The notes: generated by a model not told the origin, from the letters alone. A stretch of 64,000 nucleotides of DNA from Glaucostegus cemiculus (GCA_976551045.1 CDPCPM010000016.1:27094001-27158000), one strand, 5' to 3'. Positions 25,781 to 39,075 are shown, counted from the stretch's first letter. Program-made: numbers and translations.

Positions 25781-27779
25781 TTTTTTTCACAAAACTGCAT
25801 CTTTAAATCTGGATTAGAAATTGCACTTCTCACCCCCCATGCTACCACTATCACCAGTGCCACTTGTTGAATTTGTAACATACTGGGTAAAAATATTGTT
25901 CTGAGTGTAATGTAGGAATTCCATTCCTTCTGTATCCTTTGCATTGACCATGTCACTGTTACTATCAGGGGTTATTGAAATTTCTTATCCAAGTAAATTT
26001 AATTTCTATTACATGCACACATAGTGTTTCCCATGAATTAAAACATAAAAGTCAAGGATGACTTCAAAACGTCGACTTTTTTATGAAGACAATTTGCAGT
26101 GGGATCAATCAAAAATATTTCATACCTGGAATCTGGTTCTAAATCAAGCTCAAATCAACAGGATGAAAATAACTTCCCTGTAATGATGTAAAGGATCAAA
26201 TTAAAATGGATTTTTGGCTGCTCTCAGCCAGTTTTATGTGCATGAAGTAGATAGGAAATTACTGATAATTTGGTCCTGAATTAGCATTATTACACAGAGA
26301 CACCACAAATATGTCTGGTGTGGCAAATGAAATTGCCACATTGATGCATTTGTTGGTACAGCTTTGAATTAATTGATGTTATATCACTATGGAAGGAAGT
26401 TTCCTTTGCAATAAACTTTGCTTGACTAGAATCCCACATACAAGATGACTCCTCACTCTGCAACCAAAATATTGACAAAAAAGATCATTATCACCTTCAC
26501 GGAAATGCTACAACAATCCACCATGTTTGCTCATAAATGGGAAATTTGACTTAAATGTTAACTAATTCAACTTTTAATTCTGCAGGAGATAGAACAAAGA
26601 TTGAATGAACAAGAGTTTGAGCAAGAAAGCAATGGGAAGCCAGGCCCAAATAAGAGTTGGTGGAAAAGGCCAGTTGTTACACCAGCCAAGTCCAGAATTG
26701 AGGAGAGTAGATGTGTCCTAATTCTTGAGTACTGAGGAGCAAATTACAAGAGGAGATGATAAAAATATGGAAGGGACACATGAATATCAACACTAAATCT
26801 AAAGTAGTACATTTTGGGGAGAAAAATAACAAAGTTCACATCTTACACAGAAAATAATTAAATAGAATGGAGTAGCTAAGTGACATAAGTGTACAAATGA
26901 CTATAACAAGGAATGCAATTTAATAAGGCCATATGAAAAGCGACCCAATAACTGGATTTTTATGTCTAGAATTAAAAAGAACAGAAATTATGTTGAACTT
27001 GTAGCAAGACTTTATTAGATCAAACTTGGATTCTAATTGCTCACTTTATTAGAAGAAAAGCTATACAAACACCATGATGTTGCAAAAAAAAGATAAAACC
27101 AGAATTTTATAACAATTGGGAAAGGAACAAGCAGTGGCCAAAGAGAGGTTTTTAAAATAATGATAGTGTAGAAGGAGTGCTCAACAAGCTGGATAGCAAA
27201 GCTTTAAGCATGTTATTGGAGTAGGATGCAGTGGACCTGCTGGAAAACTCTGAAGTGTATGGTACTGGGCTGGATTTGAGTGGCAATTCTGTAGTCCATG
27301 GGACTGATGTATCAGAAGGGATATGGGTCAGATAAGGAGTGGGGTAGGTGGGTGTAAAAGATGAGGGGGTTGATCATAAACTTCAGAGCCATTGCATTGT
27401 GTAAGTTTAATAAAAAGGACCTAGCAGTGGATTCCATGGCCTGGAACCTGCTTAAGTGTGTCCCCTTTAACAAGAATTGAAGCGGGCCTTAGAAGCTCTG
27501 CTTGATTACTTCAACATGATTAATCTGTCTCATTTGCAAACCTGGAAGGTGCATGGAAGTTTGGAATGTAAACATGGAATGTTATTTGCACTAACATATC
27601 AAACACAGGGGATCTAAAAGGAAAATTGCAGGCTTTGTGGAATTCATAGTGTCCATAGTTTTTTATCAAATAATTTTCATTGAAATTGAATCATCGCAGA
27701 AAAATGTGGTGCTAGGCAATATATTTTGTATGCAAGTGCATTTTCACTTTTGGGCTAGAACAAAACTTGAAGACATTAA

Positions 27780-27915
27780 ATGTCCTGATGCAGGGTTTCG
27801 ACCCGAAACATCGATAATTCCTTTCCCCCCACAGGTACTAGTCAACCTACTGAGCTCCTCCAGCAGATTGTTTGCTGCTACATATTCCAGCATCTGCTGT
27901 CTCTTTTGTCTCAAG
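27780..27915 (+). mobile_element. Penelope-like terminal repeat remnant
   Basis: 'cctgatgcagggtttcgacccgaaacatcgataattcc..acctactgagctcctccagcagattgtttg..ttccagcatctgc'. Confidence 0.6.
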
Positions 27916-29424
27916 GAGATAGCCACCAAAAAAAATCAAATATAGAATTCCAGACCGAAAAAGATTGTGGATTTAGAATTGTTTCGTCTTTCTTCCCCTG
28001 CCATCCCCTTTAGGAGTCAGTGGACATTAGTGGAGATAGAACTATTGGGCAAAGGTAACTTAATATGCATTTGATTATTAATATAATGCATAGGAGTTCA
28101 ACTGCAGGGGCAGAATTTAAGCTTACAAAAAATTTACTTTGTCAACTAGTCAGGAATTCTATTTCCAAAATTTTTGATATAATTATTGTTTTGTCTTTCT
28201 TCCCCTGCCATCATAGCTGACCACTTAGGAAGGAAGAAGGCTAATGTAATAATTCAGTAATGACCACATGAAGACGTTTGGCTGGATATCATTCAAATGA
28301 TCCAAATAAGTTTTAAAAAATGTGGTTTTTGAATGGCAGTTTAATTTAGTGTGGAATGATGGGTCTCCATAAGCAGAAATGGAAATGGCAAATTTTTAGG
28401 TGTGATGACCAAACATTCTTGAAGTATTCAAATCTGCATTATGAATTTAACTCTTGGGCATTTATTAACTAAAAAATGTAAAACCTGTGTAATTCATTTT
28501 TAAAGTTTAAAATGGGAATTCTATTTGCACAAATTTGTCTTCCTGCCTTCTAAATCAATGCAGAAAAGCAGCAAAAAAGATAATTATTACTTAAACTGAA
28601 TACGATACTGTAGAATATGACTATAAACTTGGCAAGTTGCAAGCAAAATTACACCCCAGGTTTCATCATAAAAATATCTGCCACGTCTAATTAGCTAATA
28701 ACTTAAATGCACTCCTTTTAAGGCTCTCAGCAAAGATTTTCCAAATTTTATCTCATCTTACTGAAAATAGCTTCCTACAGCAATGACCCTGGTCCCAGTT
28801 TTGTGACTCCATAAGTATTCATCTGTTGTGTTATCTGTGAACCCTAAAGATGCTGTGACAGGAAAAGATAATTTAATCCAAAAGATCATCTCCCCTTATC
28901 TTGATGTTCATAACTGGCTATTAATCTAACTCCATTGTTTTTTTTTAAATAAAATTGCTCTTGTGTTTTCATACATTGTGAGGATATCATTGCTGGGAAG
29001 TGAAACTCTTCCCAATTCCATTACATCAGCTGTAACATAACCAGATGTAGGTTAAAGCTTCTTTTCATTATGTTACATCTCTATCCAGCTATACTAGAGT
29101 AACTTCAGTTTCCATTTCCCTTATTGGGTGGCCTCTTCCCGTATTACTGCCAAATAGTTTGGAATTAGATTCAATATATTGTTGAAATTGGATTGGGGTG
29201 ATCCAAGCTCGTTTCACAACAAACCAATAGAGTTAGTGGACAGAAGGGACTTTCATACCATCAGTCTGACCAATGTTTAACCTAAACCTCAAAGCTTGCT
29301 TTAATGATAAACAGACTCATAGAACCAAAATACAAATAAAGCCTACTGCTAATGAAAATTAAAATGTTAAATATAGGAAAAAAATAACTGACAAAGCTGC
29401 AGAAATGCTGAGGATTTTCTCCAT

Positions 29425-29600
29425 TATCAGAATCAGAATCAGTTTTATTGTCACAACCATATACATACATGGTACGCATAGGAGCGAGATACCGTCCTCC
29501 ACAGGAACACGTCTCATAGAAAAGAATAACATAACAACACTGTCACACTGTATAACTTTACCAACTGCAGTGGCCCTACATATTCACCATCAGAGATCAA
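29425..29600 (-). mobile_element. LINE 3' end with (TCTGAT)n tail
   Basis: The minus strand ends 'gtgacaataaaactgattctgattctgat', a Rex1-like terminus. Confidence 0.5.
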
Positions 29601-29805
29601 CATAATCCTTGAATGGGGATGGCTTCTATTTGCTCAAGATATAACTTATTTGTGAAAGCCATGGAGGTCTGAACCCAAATTTCTGGCAATAATCATGGCA
29701 CTTTCAGAGAGTGCCAGTCCTCAAATAACTCCCACTTCACTACCCCAGTGGCAATCTAGCTGCTGGGATTTATCTCATTTTAGTGTAATAAGGCAAAGAT
29801 TTCTT

Positions 29806-30048
29806 TTTAAATTTTAAATTTTATTTACAGCGTGGTAACAGGCCCTTTCGGCCAAACGAGTCCGTGCCGCCCATTTTAAACCCCCAAATTAACCTACCCG
29901 TACATCTTTAGAATGTGGGAGGAAACCGGAGCACCTGGAGGAAACCCACACAGACACGGGAGAACATACAAACTCTTTACAGACAGCGACGGGAATCGAA
30001 CTCCGATCGCTGGTGCTGTAACAGCGTTGCGCTAACCGATACGCTATC
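29806..30048 (-). mobile_element. Near full-length tRNA-derived V-SINE (HE1-like) with CR1-type tail
   Basis: Pol III A box TAGCGTATCGG (30046-30036) and B box GAGTTCGATTCC (30003-29992). V-domain TTCTCCCGTGTCTGTGTGGGTTTCCTCCAGGTGCTCCGGTTTCCTCCCACA. Tail GGCCGAAAGGGCCTGTT. Confidence 0.88.
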
Positions 30049-30049
30049 T

Positions 30050-30900
30050 TCCTCCACTTCCTTATGTGGCATCTGACCACCTTTCACTAAGAAATTTCTC
30101 TGAGCTTAATCCTTATTCTTTCATTGACAATTTTAGATTGATGTCCTTCTTCATGGACTCTGCAGCCAATGGGAAAAAATAGACTTAGTTTAATCACAAT
30201 TAGAATCTTTGGTACTTATTTAAAGTTTCTATAAAATCTCCTATGTGACTTCTCTGCATGGATGAAAATAGTCCAAGTACCCAAAGTCCCTTAATATTGT
30301 GGTTTACCATATCTGGCATTATCTTGTTGATTCTACATTGCACATACTCAATGATGTTATTGTTCCTTCTACAACTGAGAGCCCTGAATTCCATGCTACA
30401 CACAGGTGGAAACCTAATCAAGGTTTTGTTCAGAATTATCATTAATATTTTCTTTATGGGCTTGTTTGTAGAATCAAAAATACCTTTAATTATTTTATAC
30501 TTAGAATTTCAAGTTTTACTCCTTTGAAGTTCATATGCAATCTTCAGCATCTTTCCATTGAGTGTATTCTGCCATTTGTGGTTTATCTCCAAAATTTATT
30601 ATCTCCTACCTGTTGACATTAGAATGCAATTTCCACCTGTCATCTTTAACTAATTGTTTTGACTGGGCTTTTAAAAACACTACTTGGCATTTGGAAAAGC
30701 TATATATGTTGTGATTTCAGATTTTAAATTCATCAACTTTGATAAGCCATTTGTGCATGTCAGGAGATTCAGCATTGAGTTGTGGCAAACCATAATCATC
30801 CATTTTTCAATTCAAGCAATACCTGTTTACCAATATTCTGGTTCCTGTCTGTCAATCCACTTTCCTATACATTTCATCCTATATTATGGCAGGTTAAGAT
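30050..30900 (-). mobile_element. Highly decayed CR1 fragment
   Basis: ORF 30200..30442 (KTLIR..IEYVQCR..LGLFSS..GDFIET) is an eroded CR1 C-terminus. Confidence 0.55.
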
Positions 30901-31399
30901 CATCCTGACTTTGTTTTTAATTCATTCACATGAAATGAGTGATGACAGTAACCCACTGTTCATTGCCCATTCCAAAATACCTCTCGACTTGTGTGTCCGG
31001 CTTGGTCATTTCAGAGGGCCTTTAAAAGTTGACCATAAGTGTGGATCTGGTGTCACATAAAGGGCAGCAGATTCCTTTCCCTGTTGGAAATCTGTGAACC
31101 AAATAGGTTTTTATGACTATTAAAAGTACAAACTTTTTATTTGAGACTTATTTGAATTTAAATTCTCCAGTTGTGATGGTGGGATTTGAAATTATCTTTG
31201 GATTAATATTCCAGGTCTCCAGAAACCAGTCCATTAATCCAGCCACCATGCACTTGTACCAATGATTTTGGTTTCATGCTATTCCAGTAACCTACCAACT
31301 GTAACCTCCTCCAAGTTTCCACTGCCTGCACCGGAACTGAAGAGAGAAGGACAGAGAAAATGCAGTGTGGTGCATAAGAGTGGAGTGAAAAAGTTTGCA

Positions 31400-32620
31400 A
31401 GCGTTTTCAAAGCCAGTAGTAAAAGTTTTCATGGATATATTAGGAGAGCTGGAGTAATGCAAACCAATTATAGAAAGGTAGTATTTGATATTACATTCTA
31501 TAAGAAGGATATGACAAATATATTAGATGAATATTTTTATCACAGTGGAAGAGGATGAAATATACCACTTTCTCACAAAAGCCAAAAGCACATCAAGGAA
31601 TTTTAATTTAATTAAGCAGAATGATATTGGTTAAAGTAATGGGACATAGGAGAGACAAATATCCAGCATCTGCAGAATCTTTTCTGTCAGAGTGTTCAGG
31701 AACTGATGGCTTTCAACTTAAAGTAGTAAAAAAAAGGACATTGCAGTTGCATTACTTGTAGTTTTACAAGTTCTTATTTTTTTAATGAGAGTAATGTTTG
31801 TTGACTTGAAAAATGTTAATGCCATTTTTATTTAAGATGAAATGAGAGAGAAACTATCCATCTTTCAGTTTTGTCAGTTCTAGGAAGATGTTTGGAATCT
31901 GTCATCAGGAGCAAAGTGCTTGAGTAACTGAATAAATATGAGGTGATGAGAGACAATGCGAATTGATTATAAAAGGTAGTAATGTCAGACTAATCTAGTT
32001 GAAATTTTAGAACATGGGGGAATCAGATATGTCCTAACAGAAAGTGCTAGAAACACTCATTAGGCCAGGTAGTATCAATGGAGAGAGAAACAGTTGATGT
32101 TTCAGGTCAAACACCCTTCTTTAGAAGAGGGAAAGAGGAAAAATTAGTCAGTTTTAAGTTGCAGAGTGAGTGAGGGAGGTATGGAAAGTACAAGAGGAAT
32201 ATAGGGTCGTTTTAGAATTGAGATGTAAAAGAGGATATCTTGTTGATGAGTTAATGGAAACAGTTTTTCTTGCCTCCATTGTCTCATTAGCTGGATGAAT
32301 TCATGCACAGTTTATACCCATAGTAATCCTGGCCTTACTTTATCAGATATATTCCCTTTCTCCTCATCCCTCTGCAACTTAAAACTAGCTTGCTCTTCTC
32401 TCTTTCCCAGTTCTGCCAGAAGGTCTTTGGCCTGAAATGTTAACTCTTTTTCCCTTCCCCCAGGTGCTGGACCTGAGTGTTCATAGTGTTTTCTGTTCGT
32501 TTTCTAGGTTTCCAGCATATGAAGTTTGACGTTTTTAATTTTTCAAAACATTCTTATGGACTTTGCCCGAGCAGTTAGTGAAGTACTACACAAAAATGAT
32601 TGACAAATTGAAAATAGTTT
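31400..32620 (+). mobile_element. Decayed CR1 RT fragment interrupted by a Penelope-like inverted element
   Basis: 'cagactaatctagttgaaatttt' (xTNLVEF) precedes 32035 and 'atggactttgcccgagca..gaagtactacac' (MDFxxAFxxVxH) follows 32550. Confidence 0.55.
32035..32520. mobile_element. Penelope-like element with inverted terminal copies (foldback)
   Basis: The left arm is the reverse complement of the right arm. A perfect 17-bp pair is AGTTTTAAGTTGCAGAG (32150-32166) with CTCTGCAACTTAAAACT (32370-32386). Confidence 0.65.
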
Positions 32621-33274
32621 GAACTGTGACTGATCTTGACCAATCCATGTGCATAGTATTGTGGCACATTATTTATTTGCTGATGATAAATGATCAAACA
32701 ACTGAACAGTCAAAATATTTTCAATGAGCAAATTAAAAACATCACTGTGGAAATTTTGTACTTTGAATGAAACAAGCAATTTCATTTATAACCTTTAGAA
32801 GACAGTTATTATTTTAACTAATGTTTCATCTTGTCATTTCTTCACACTGATTTGTAAACTATTGAAATACATGAAGTATAACAGTTTATAGCACCCAGAT
32901 TTTTTTTTAACAATGCCTTTACTGTGGCACATTCACTTGGAAAAGCTTAATTTCCTCCAGTTTTATATGTTGTTTCTGGACATTATTTCAACTAAGCTTT
33001 ATCTTTGTTAGGTTGTTCCTCTTCTTGAATAATGAGGTTTCATCAATCAACAGAAAAAATTAATCACAGGAGCTGTTGAGCATAAACTGCATTGCTTTTC
33101 AGCAATTCCAAACTGCTAGCTAAAACTGGAATTGGAATTTTTTGTCATTGAAATAATGATGCTTATAAATTCCCTTAATATGCTCATTTTGGTAAATTTT
33201 CAATGTGATGCTATTTTTCAATATACCTGCACATATAATTATGTTAGTATGCCTCTTTTCCGCTGCTTATTAAA

Positions 33275-33366
33275 ACATTTTCAAATTTGTAAATCACACA
33301 ATCTAGTTTATTTATATTTTACATTTTCAAATTTGTAAATCACACAATCTAGTTTATTTATATTTT
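33275..33366. repeat. Perfect 46-bp tandem duplication
   Basis: ACATTTTCAAATTTGTAAATCACACAATCTAGTTTATTTATATTTT occurs at 33275-33320 and 33321-33366. Confidence 0.95.
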
Positions 33367-35403
33367 GCCAGCAAAGTTATTTTTTTCTCCCACTTTGTTC
33401 TTTTTTCCTCATGTAACTCTGGGTGTGGAGAAATTAAAGATACTTGGTACAAGGCACTTGGAAAATCCTGCAGGATTTCAAATAATTAAAAAAAAACTTT
33501 TCCCTTTGCCTTCTACTTTGTAGGAAAGTGGTCTTGAGATATAGGATTAGCCATGATTTAATAAGTTGCTGAGGAAGATTGAAGGGCCATGTGGACTACT
33601 TTGAATCTATGTGGTTTCTTATGGAGTTGAGAGGATGGTGGAAGATAGATGGGGAACTTCAGAGAGAGCCCAGTTTCAAGAAAAGGCACTCATCTCTTTG
33701 GGTTGAGGTCCAGGAAGTAGGTAGGTAGTTGTCCCATGATAAGGCAGAGGCCTGAGGTTGAGGTAGGGAGGTGGTAGAACATGGTATTGGGGGCTCTAAT
33801 TGTAAGGGGCCAGGAATGGAGGGAACACCAAGCATAATATTGTAAATGGCCCTGTCAGTCAGAAGATTGACACATTAGATCCCCATTAAAGGAGACATTA
33901 AATCTCCAGGTAAATGGGAATGGCCTGATTCAGCATGATTGGCCCATGCCATTAAAAAGGTTTGAATGTACAAATAAATTTAGGGTATATGATTTCAAGG
34001 TCTATGTTGTACACTGAATTCACTATGCATGCCTGGTATTCTCTGGCATATGTGTGTTATATACTTGCATGAACAAGAACAAGTGTTCAGAAGTGCACAT
34101 TTTAAACCAAACATTTTAAATTTAATTCCTCTGTGCAACATACAAGATTATTGCAATATGCTAAAGAAATCCGAGCCCTCTTTTTATGCAAAACAACCTT
34201 GATGTTTTGGTTCTACAGTACAGATCTGTAGCATGTAGGTACAGCAGGATTTAGGATGGCAGCTAGTACATTAGACTATATTGCAAGCAAATTGAAGTAC
34301 AATCTTGCTTCATTTACACAGGGCTTTGAGCTAGAGTGGAAGTAGCAACAGCAGCAAATGCTAGATTTATTCAGCAGCTCAGGAAGCTCATTTTAACATT
34401 AATTTTCTGGGAACTGGGCACTGCTAGTAAGGTCAGCATTTATTATCTAACTCTAATTATCCTTGAGAAGGTGGTAGCGAGCAGGGAACTATTGTTGCAC
34501 AGTTGTTCAAGTCTGCAATCTAACCCTAAAGGAATGAAAGAGTGAGGGGATCAGATGGAAAATGGACGTGAAATGGCAGAGCAGCCATAACCTTATCAAA
34601 TGGTGGTTTGAGAAGGTTGAAAAATCTTTTGGCATATTTCTGACCCTAATATTTGTATGCACTTGCTGAGTCAAAGGTTCATATTTCATATCAAGGGTCA
34701 CAGAGCAAAAATTCCAAAATAATCAAAAGGAAACTAAATAGTCATAAAAAATAGCTCCAGTAATTAACACCTGATGTTGAAATTGTTTTTTGTATATCAC
34801 AACTGAATTTAGATGTATAAATCCACAACAGTCCAGTGTCCCTTTGAGAAAACATCCTGAGCTCATTACCAGTTGAATTTTGCAGATGTGAGTATTATAA
34901 ATCTTTGCCTTGGTTGTCATTTGAGCTTGATGTAATACTTTGACTATTCATCCATTTTCATTGCCTTGAGTTTGACAGTAAAGTCAGGGGCTGGATCTTC
35001 TACTCTCCAGCATGCTGAACACCTGCCGTTGGACGCACTCCTTCTTCTTGAATGGTCCCATGTGTAGTCTTCTGTTGAGTTGACAGTTCTACTTTCCTGT
35101 TGTTCAGCAAGGCCCAGTGCAGTGGAGGACCTTGCAAGTGACTAATTTCTTCTCGAGATTGACAGCGGGTGAGCCCCACCACCTGGCTTATCCATTCCTA
35201 TCCACTCACCACAAGCCATTGCAACCCTAATCTATGCCCTCCACCTCCACCACCTCCATACTTTCTCAGAAGTCATGTGCCCATCTTGCCAATCTGTGGC
35301 TCAGCAAGGCTAAACTTGTAATGATTGAGCGCCTCTAGAGGCTATTTTCCATAATTCTGGTTTAACAGAAGCAAACGAGATTTAGAGTAGCATCATAAAC
35401 AAT

Positions 35404-35484
35404 TTTATTTTATATACACATTTTGAAATAATAAAATGCTTTGTGGCTATTAATGCATTTCAATACAGTTTTTAATATTTTATT
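35404..35484 (-). terminator. Paired AATAAA poly(A) signals, candidate 3' end of copy B
   Basis: Plus-strand TTTATT at 35404-35409 and 35479-35484, about 1.0-1.1 kb past the stop. Confidence 0.55.
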
Positions 35485-36494
35485 TTTTGACAGTAAGGCC
35501 TCGGGTTTATAAAAAAAGGTTCAATATAGTTTACTGTACAATATTGCCAGTTGATTCCTGTTATTTTGGAAATGGACAAGGATTTCTCCTATCCAAAGCA
35601 CCTCTCTGTGATTTAATTGTGGAATAATTAATTTTAGTATTTGTCAAATCTTTAAGATAATTATTGGTGTCAAGTAGATTGGTTTTGAGTAGGTCTGTGT
35701 GGGAAAAAGGAGTATGAGTTTTTTTTTAAAAATTGCATTTATATTGTGATATTTCAGTTTAAGACAACATAAAATGAAAAATCCAGTTTGTCCAATTTTT
35801 TGACAGTATATTTCTCAAAACTTGCACTTGCTGCTTTAAAGCTAATTCACTGTGACGCAAGAGGTTCTCTTATTTTCTTGCTGCTACGAGAAATGGCTGC
35901 ATGTTGTAATTATTTGGAAAATACCGCTAGGTTCCATCTGAAGGGATATGGATGCTTGTTGTTGACATGGACGAAAATAACCATTGATCAGTTAGTCGAG
36001 TAAACCATTATGTGATAGATCATTATAAACTCTTGAAGAAATACATATAACTAAGTTATTTGAAATAATAGTAGTTCTCCACTGTCTTTCTTTGGTAGGA
36101 TGGAGATGCCTGAATGACACTAAATCTCCTTTGAAACAGGGGACAATAGATATGTATTTTGCAATGTATTTTCCAGGAACTTTCTCGAACACAGTGAGAA
36201 ACATTACTGCCATTTCGCCAGAGATAGGAATGTGACAGTTCGATTAAGCACTTTGGAAATGAGTTTCAACCAGAGCCCACCCTGAGTAGATGGTGGATGG
36301 AAATTGTGCCATGTTTCCCTATGGGGTCCTGCAGGAGACCCAAAACATTTTAGTCGTGAAGCCTTTATAAAGTATTCTGTGTGAATTGCCAGGACTCCGC
36401 AAGCATGTATAAACAACTCGCCACCACGTTGGAGGTGGGATGGTTGTGGGTGATGGCGGGTGGTTGGGGGAATTGCCAGTATGATTGATGTGCA

Positions 36495-38329
36495 TCAAAT
36501 AGTTTGACTAATTAAAAATCCTGAGAAGGATGAATGCATATAATCAGAAGAATATAAGCCATTGGACTCGACTGAAGGTAACCCAACATAAACTTGGTCA
36601 TTTTCACGTAAGTGTATTATAGAACTTCCTGAGGCTTGATCAACATAACCTTCTGTATAATCATCATATGTGTACATTATAGGTTCGTCATTTTTGAACA
36701 GTCCAACCCAAACATTTCCTCCTTTGACTTGTAAGTGATAAGTAAATTGATAGATACCTGGCATTTTACATGTAAATATTCCAGTTGAAGGATCATAATC
36801 ATTATTTTGATTGGCAAGTACTTTGTCAAATGCTATAGGTTGTTGGGCTGCTGGAAAGGATTCTGAAAGAATGGCCGTAAAAGCTGGATATGAATTTGTG
36901 ACTCCTGGCACAATGTGACCATTATAGCCCCCATACTTTCCTGGTTGTGCACTTTCCCCTGGAGGCCCTGGTGCACCAGGGGGCCCAGGTGGACCTGGTG
37001 GACCTTCTGGGCCTGGAGGGCCTGGTGGTCCTTGAGGTAACTTCTCATGGAAACTGGAAGAAAGACCTGGTGGCCCTGGTGGCCCTGGAGGTCCTGGATC
37101 TCCTTTTTCTCCAGGGAATCCTGGAGGGCCTGGGTAACCGGGAGGGCCTCCTGGACCAGGAAGTCCAGGGGGTCCATTCAATCCAACCTCACCTGAGAAT
37201 CCTGGTGGCCCTGGAAGACCTGGAGAACCAGGTTCACCTGTTTTGCCAGGTGACCCAATGGGTCCAATAGCACCTTTCTGGCCAGGAGGTCCTCTTGGAC
37301 CTTCTGGCCCAGGCAGACCAGGTTCTCCTGGAATTCCTGATTTACCTGGGGCACCCCCAGGACCCATCTCACCCTTTAGTCCTTGATATCCTCGAGCACC
37401 TGCTGAGCCCGGTTCCCCTTTAGCTCCTGGTGCACCAAGTGCACCAGGTGCACCTCGTAGACCTTGAGGCCCAGGTGGACCGGATGGTCCTAAAAGTCCA
37501 GAAGCTCCTGGATTACCTGGGGCACCTTTTTCTCCTTTTTCTCCAGGATATCCGGCAGGGCCTGGTGAACCTGTGTCCCCTTTAAGTCCTGGTGGGCCTG
37601 GTCTCCCAAAACCAGGAAGTCCGGGTTCACCTGGTGGGCCTTGGGAACCAGAGGAACCCTGGGGTCCAGGAGGTCCTGGTAACCCTGGTGTGCCATCCAC
37701 TCCAGGCTTTCCAATACCTGGTGGTCCAGGTAGCCCAGGTGGGCCTCTTTGACCTGGTGCACCAGAGTATCCAGGTGAACCTGCTAAGCCTTTTTCACCT
37801 TTTTCTCCTGGCTTGCCAGGAATGCCCGGGGCTCCTGGTTTTCCGTATCCTACTTCACCGCGAATTCCTTGTGGTCCTGGTGGTCCAGGGGGGCCCCTTT
37901 CACCTGCACGCCCTGGTATTCCAACTCCTCTTTCTCCTTTTGCACCAATTGGACCAGGGTACCCTGGTTCTCCTTTTTTCCCAGGTGGACCTATTGGTCC
38001 CGAAGCACCTGGCGGCCCTTGTGCACCCGGTTTACCAGGAATGGACAATCCATTTGGCCCTGGAAATCCTCTTGGACCTGGTAAGCCTTTCTGTCCTTGT
38101 ATGCCAGGAGGTCCCATGCTCCCTTTTGGTCCAGGGTACCCTCTTTCACCTGACTTTCCTGGTGCTCCTGGAATACCATCCTTCCCTATGCCTGGTAGCC
38201 CCTGTGGACCTGGCCGCCCTGGATGACCTGGTGGTCCTGGAGTTCCAACACCTGATTTTCCTGGGTATCCTGGTGGGCCTGGTGGACCACGTTGTCCTGG
38301 TGGACCTACTGGTCCTCTGTACCATCTGA
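36495..38329 (-). CDS. col10a1: Collagen alpha-1(X) chain, copy B, exon 3
   Basis: The frame stays open 212 nt upstream of the ORF-track Met, up to the acceptor ttttctattaacAG (AG at 38330-38331). It reads (G)TC-AGA-TGG-TAC-AGA-GGA = [15 protein letters not shown]. The NC1 has [65 protein letters not shown], very close to canonical type X. Confidence 0.95.
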
Positions 38330-38759
38330 CTGTTAATAGAAAATGAAGAGATCTGTTTTAGATTATGGTATCAATATTTATATTGTGCATTGCTTCATTA
38401 TAAGGGTTGAACTGATTTCAACATTACCCTTTATTTTTCTAGGATGTACGTTTTGAAAGATGAATGAAAAATGGCCAATAATGGAAACTGATTATGATTT
38501 TTTTTATATTTACAAAAATTAGCAACTTAGTAGCATGAGCTGTACTGGTAAACAAGCAGATATTTGGAAGCTTTATGAAGAATAATGGAGGGTAAGTAAG
38601 TGTATTCAAAGAACTTCAGCTAATTTTTCAGCTTTTTAGCAAAGAACAAATCCTTGAAATAGAATTACATTGAGTTTAATAAGTTCAAAAATTGGATTCA
38701 CAAATTTGTACATGTAGAATGAATTACATATTAATGCCAGGTTTGTATACCTCCTTATG

Positions 38760-39075
38760 AGATCAAGTTCCACTCTGGATACTTGGTCATGAATATCTAG
38801 ACTAGCACGATAGTGTCACACTGAGGGATTGCCAGGATGTCAAAGGTGGCTTCATTTAGCTATGACATTGGACAAAGGGCCAGCCCATCTCTTCTGGTGG
38901 ATGTAAAAGATCCATTATACTTTCTCAGAATAGATCAAGAGATGTCTTGGGCAATACCTCAAATATTAGAATGTCTGGTCATTGCAGCATTGCTGTTTTT
39001 AGAAACTTGCTTACTTCCTGTATAACACCCATGACAATATTTCAATAAGTACTTAATTGATTGAAAAGTTGCAGC
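38760..39075 (+). mobile_element. Deu-SINE (SacSINE1/AmnSINE-related) remnant
   Basis: 'ctgagggattgcc..gtcaaaggtggc..ctggtggatgtaaaagatcc..tctggtcattgcagcattgctgttt' resembles the Deu domain as I recall it. Further fragments lie near 48395-48510 (-) and 53395-53560 (+). Confidence 0.55.

Noticed and set aside
29992-30046. tRNA gene
   Set aside because: The A/B boxes belong to a SINE head that runs directly into the V-domain; there is no full cloverleaf.
38115-38117. ORF-track start Met for copy B
   Set aside because: This is an internal helix Met; the frame continues to the acceptor at 38330.
36833-38329. 245-aa and other overlapping ORFs on copy B exon 3
   Set aside because: Same collagen shadow effect; there are no independent gene signals.
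6517-38329. Assignment to COL8A1/COL8A2 or otolin
   Set aside because: The very short NC2, the three-exon layout with a 15-nt leader, the short helix-to-C1q linker and [18 protein letters not shown] fit type X better. A phylogeny is still needed for certainty.
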